DNA of 64,000 nt from an uncultured Lachnospiraceae bacterium (GTDB lineage Bacteria; Bacillota; Clostridia; Christensenellales; UBA1242), in the NCBI GenBank assembly GCA_964432825.1, contig CAYSOX010000007.1, positions 975 to 64,974 on the forward strand, written 5' to 3'. The position numbers were made by a program, and so were the translations under genes. Shown here in pieces: positions 63,687 to 64,000 of this stretch (positions within the stretch are counted from its first letter, which is position 1; every line of letters begins with the position of its first letter). A model generated the notes under the pieces. That model was not told where the DNA came from. It worked only from the letters and a program-made list of their open reading frames with translations, and did no database searches.

Positions 63687-63813
63687 ATCAATTTGCAACA
63701 TAAATTTTTCTATGCGGATATTTAATGTACCAATTCGAAACATAAATATTTCTATGCGGATATTCAATTTATCAATTTGCAACACAAATTTTTCTATGTG
63801 GATATTCAATTTT
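63687..63813. repeat. 42-bp tandem repeat x3 between rbgA and rnhB
   Basis: Units start at 63687, 63729 and 63771: a(t/c)caatt(t/c)g(c/a)aaca(t/c)aaat(t/a)tttctatg(c/t)ggatatt. Confidence 0.8.
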
Positions 63814-63859
63814 ATTAGACAAATTAATTTTATGAATGTATAACTATAATTAAAAATTT

Positions 63860-64000
63860 TTACTCTGGTTTTTCAAGGCTAATTTTTCCAATTCTCGTTT
63901 TTCTAAAATCATCCACCAAACTTGTGGATGCACGAGAAATATCAAGTTCTCCACCTTTTAAAACGAAGCCTCTAGACTTTGCAATTTTTTCTACTATAAC
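63860..64000 (-). CDS. rbgA: ribosome biogenesis GTPase A (YlqF/RbgA), C-terminal 46 codons only
   Basis: Translation ...IAKSRGFVLKGGELDISRASTSLVDDFRKTRIGKISLEKPE* resembles the RbgA C-terminus. ylqF-rnhB synteny. Truncated by the window edge. Confidence 0.6.
   Translation of the reverse strand, partial: VIVEKIAKSRGFVLKGGELDISRASTSLVDDFRKTRIGKISLEKPE

Overview
AT-rich, low-GC Firmicutes-type chromosome segment from an endospore former (spoVAC/AD/AE and yunB are present). From 14.7 to 64 kb there is an almost unbroken minus-strand run of core genes: rbgA(partial)-rnhB-yraN-methyltransferase-rplS, comM-dprA-topA-trmFO-hslVU-thioredoxin, nifS plus an IscU-like gene, a ComEC-type MBL operon, spoVA, sufCB, ALDH, yunB, a cysteine desulfurase with thiI, an M16 peptidase pair, ftsK-rimO-pgsA-recA, a divergent secDF, recJ-relA and rpsO-pnp. 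One tRNA-Trp and one large Asn-rich lipoprotein gene lie on the plus strand. The first 14 kb is accessory. It holds a 353-aa Xer-type tyrosine recombinase and a 1112-aa protein with an embedded sigma-70 region2/region4 core behind a terminator-like leader hairpin. The main finding is a compact 6.3-kb filamentous-phage (inovirus-like) prophage at 6032-12364. It has a Rep_trans-like rolling-circle initiator, a major-coat-like protein, a Zot/pI-like ATPase, a pIII-like adsorption protein and several tiny TM proteins, and no integrase of its own. It is bounded by 62/63-bp imperfect direct repeats. The left edge of each repeat sits in a recombinase core-type inverted repeat (TCGCCAA-N8-TTGGCGA at attR). 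The prophage lies in about 2 kb of non-coding DNA, exactly where gene polarity switches from plus to minus. This is compatible with a replication-terminus or dif-like location and with Xer-dependent integration, but that is inference only. Other points worth a second look: a recurrent family of degenerate intergenic tandem arrays (31, 39, 42, 58 and 66 bp units); a GC-enriched, probably structured 5' leader upstream of the MBL operon; a Cys-less IscU-like protein with a Lys-rich tail; and a perfect 22-bp duplication of an RBS plus start codon. No database searches were possible, so all family names come from motif recognition and synteny.
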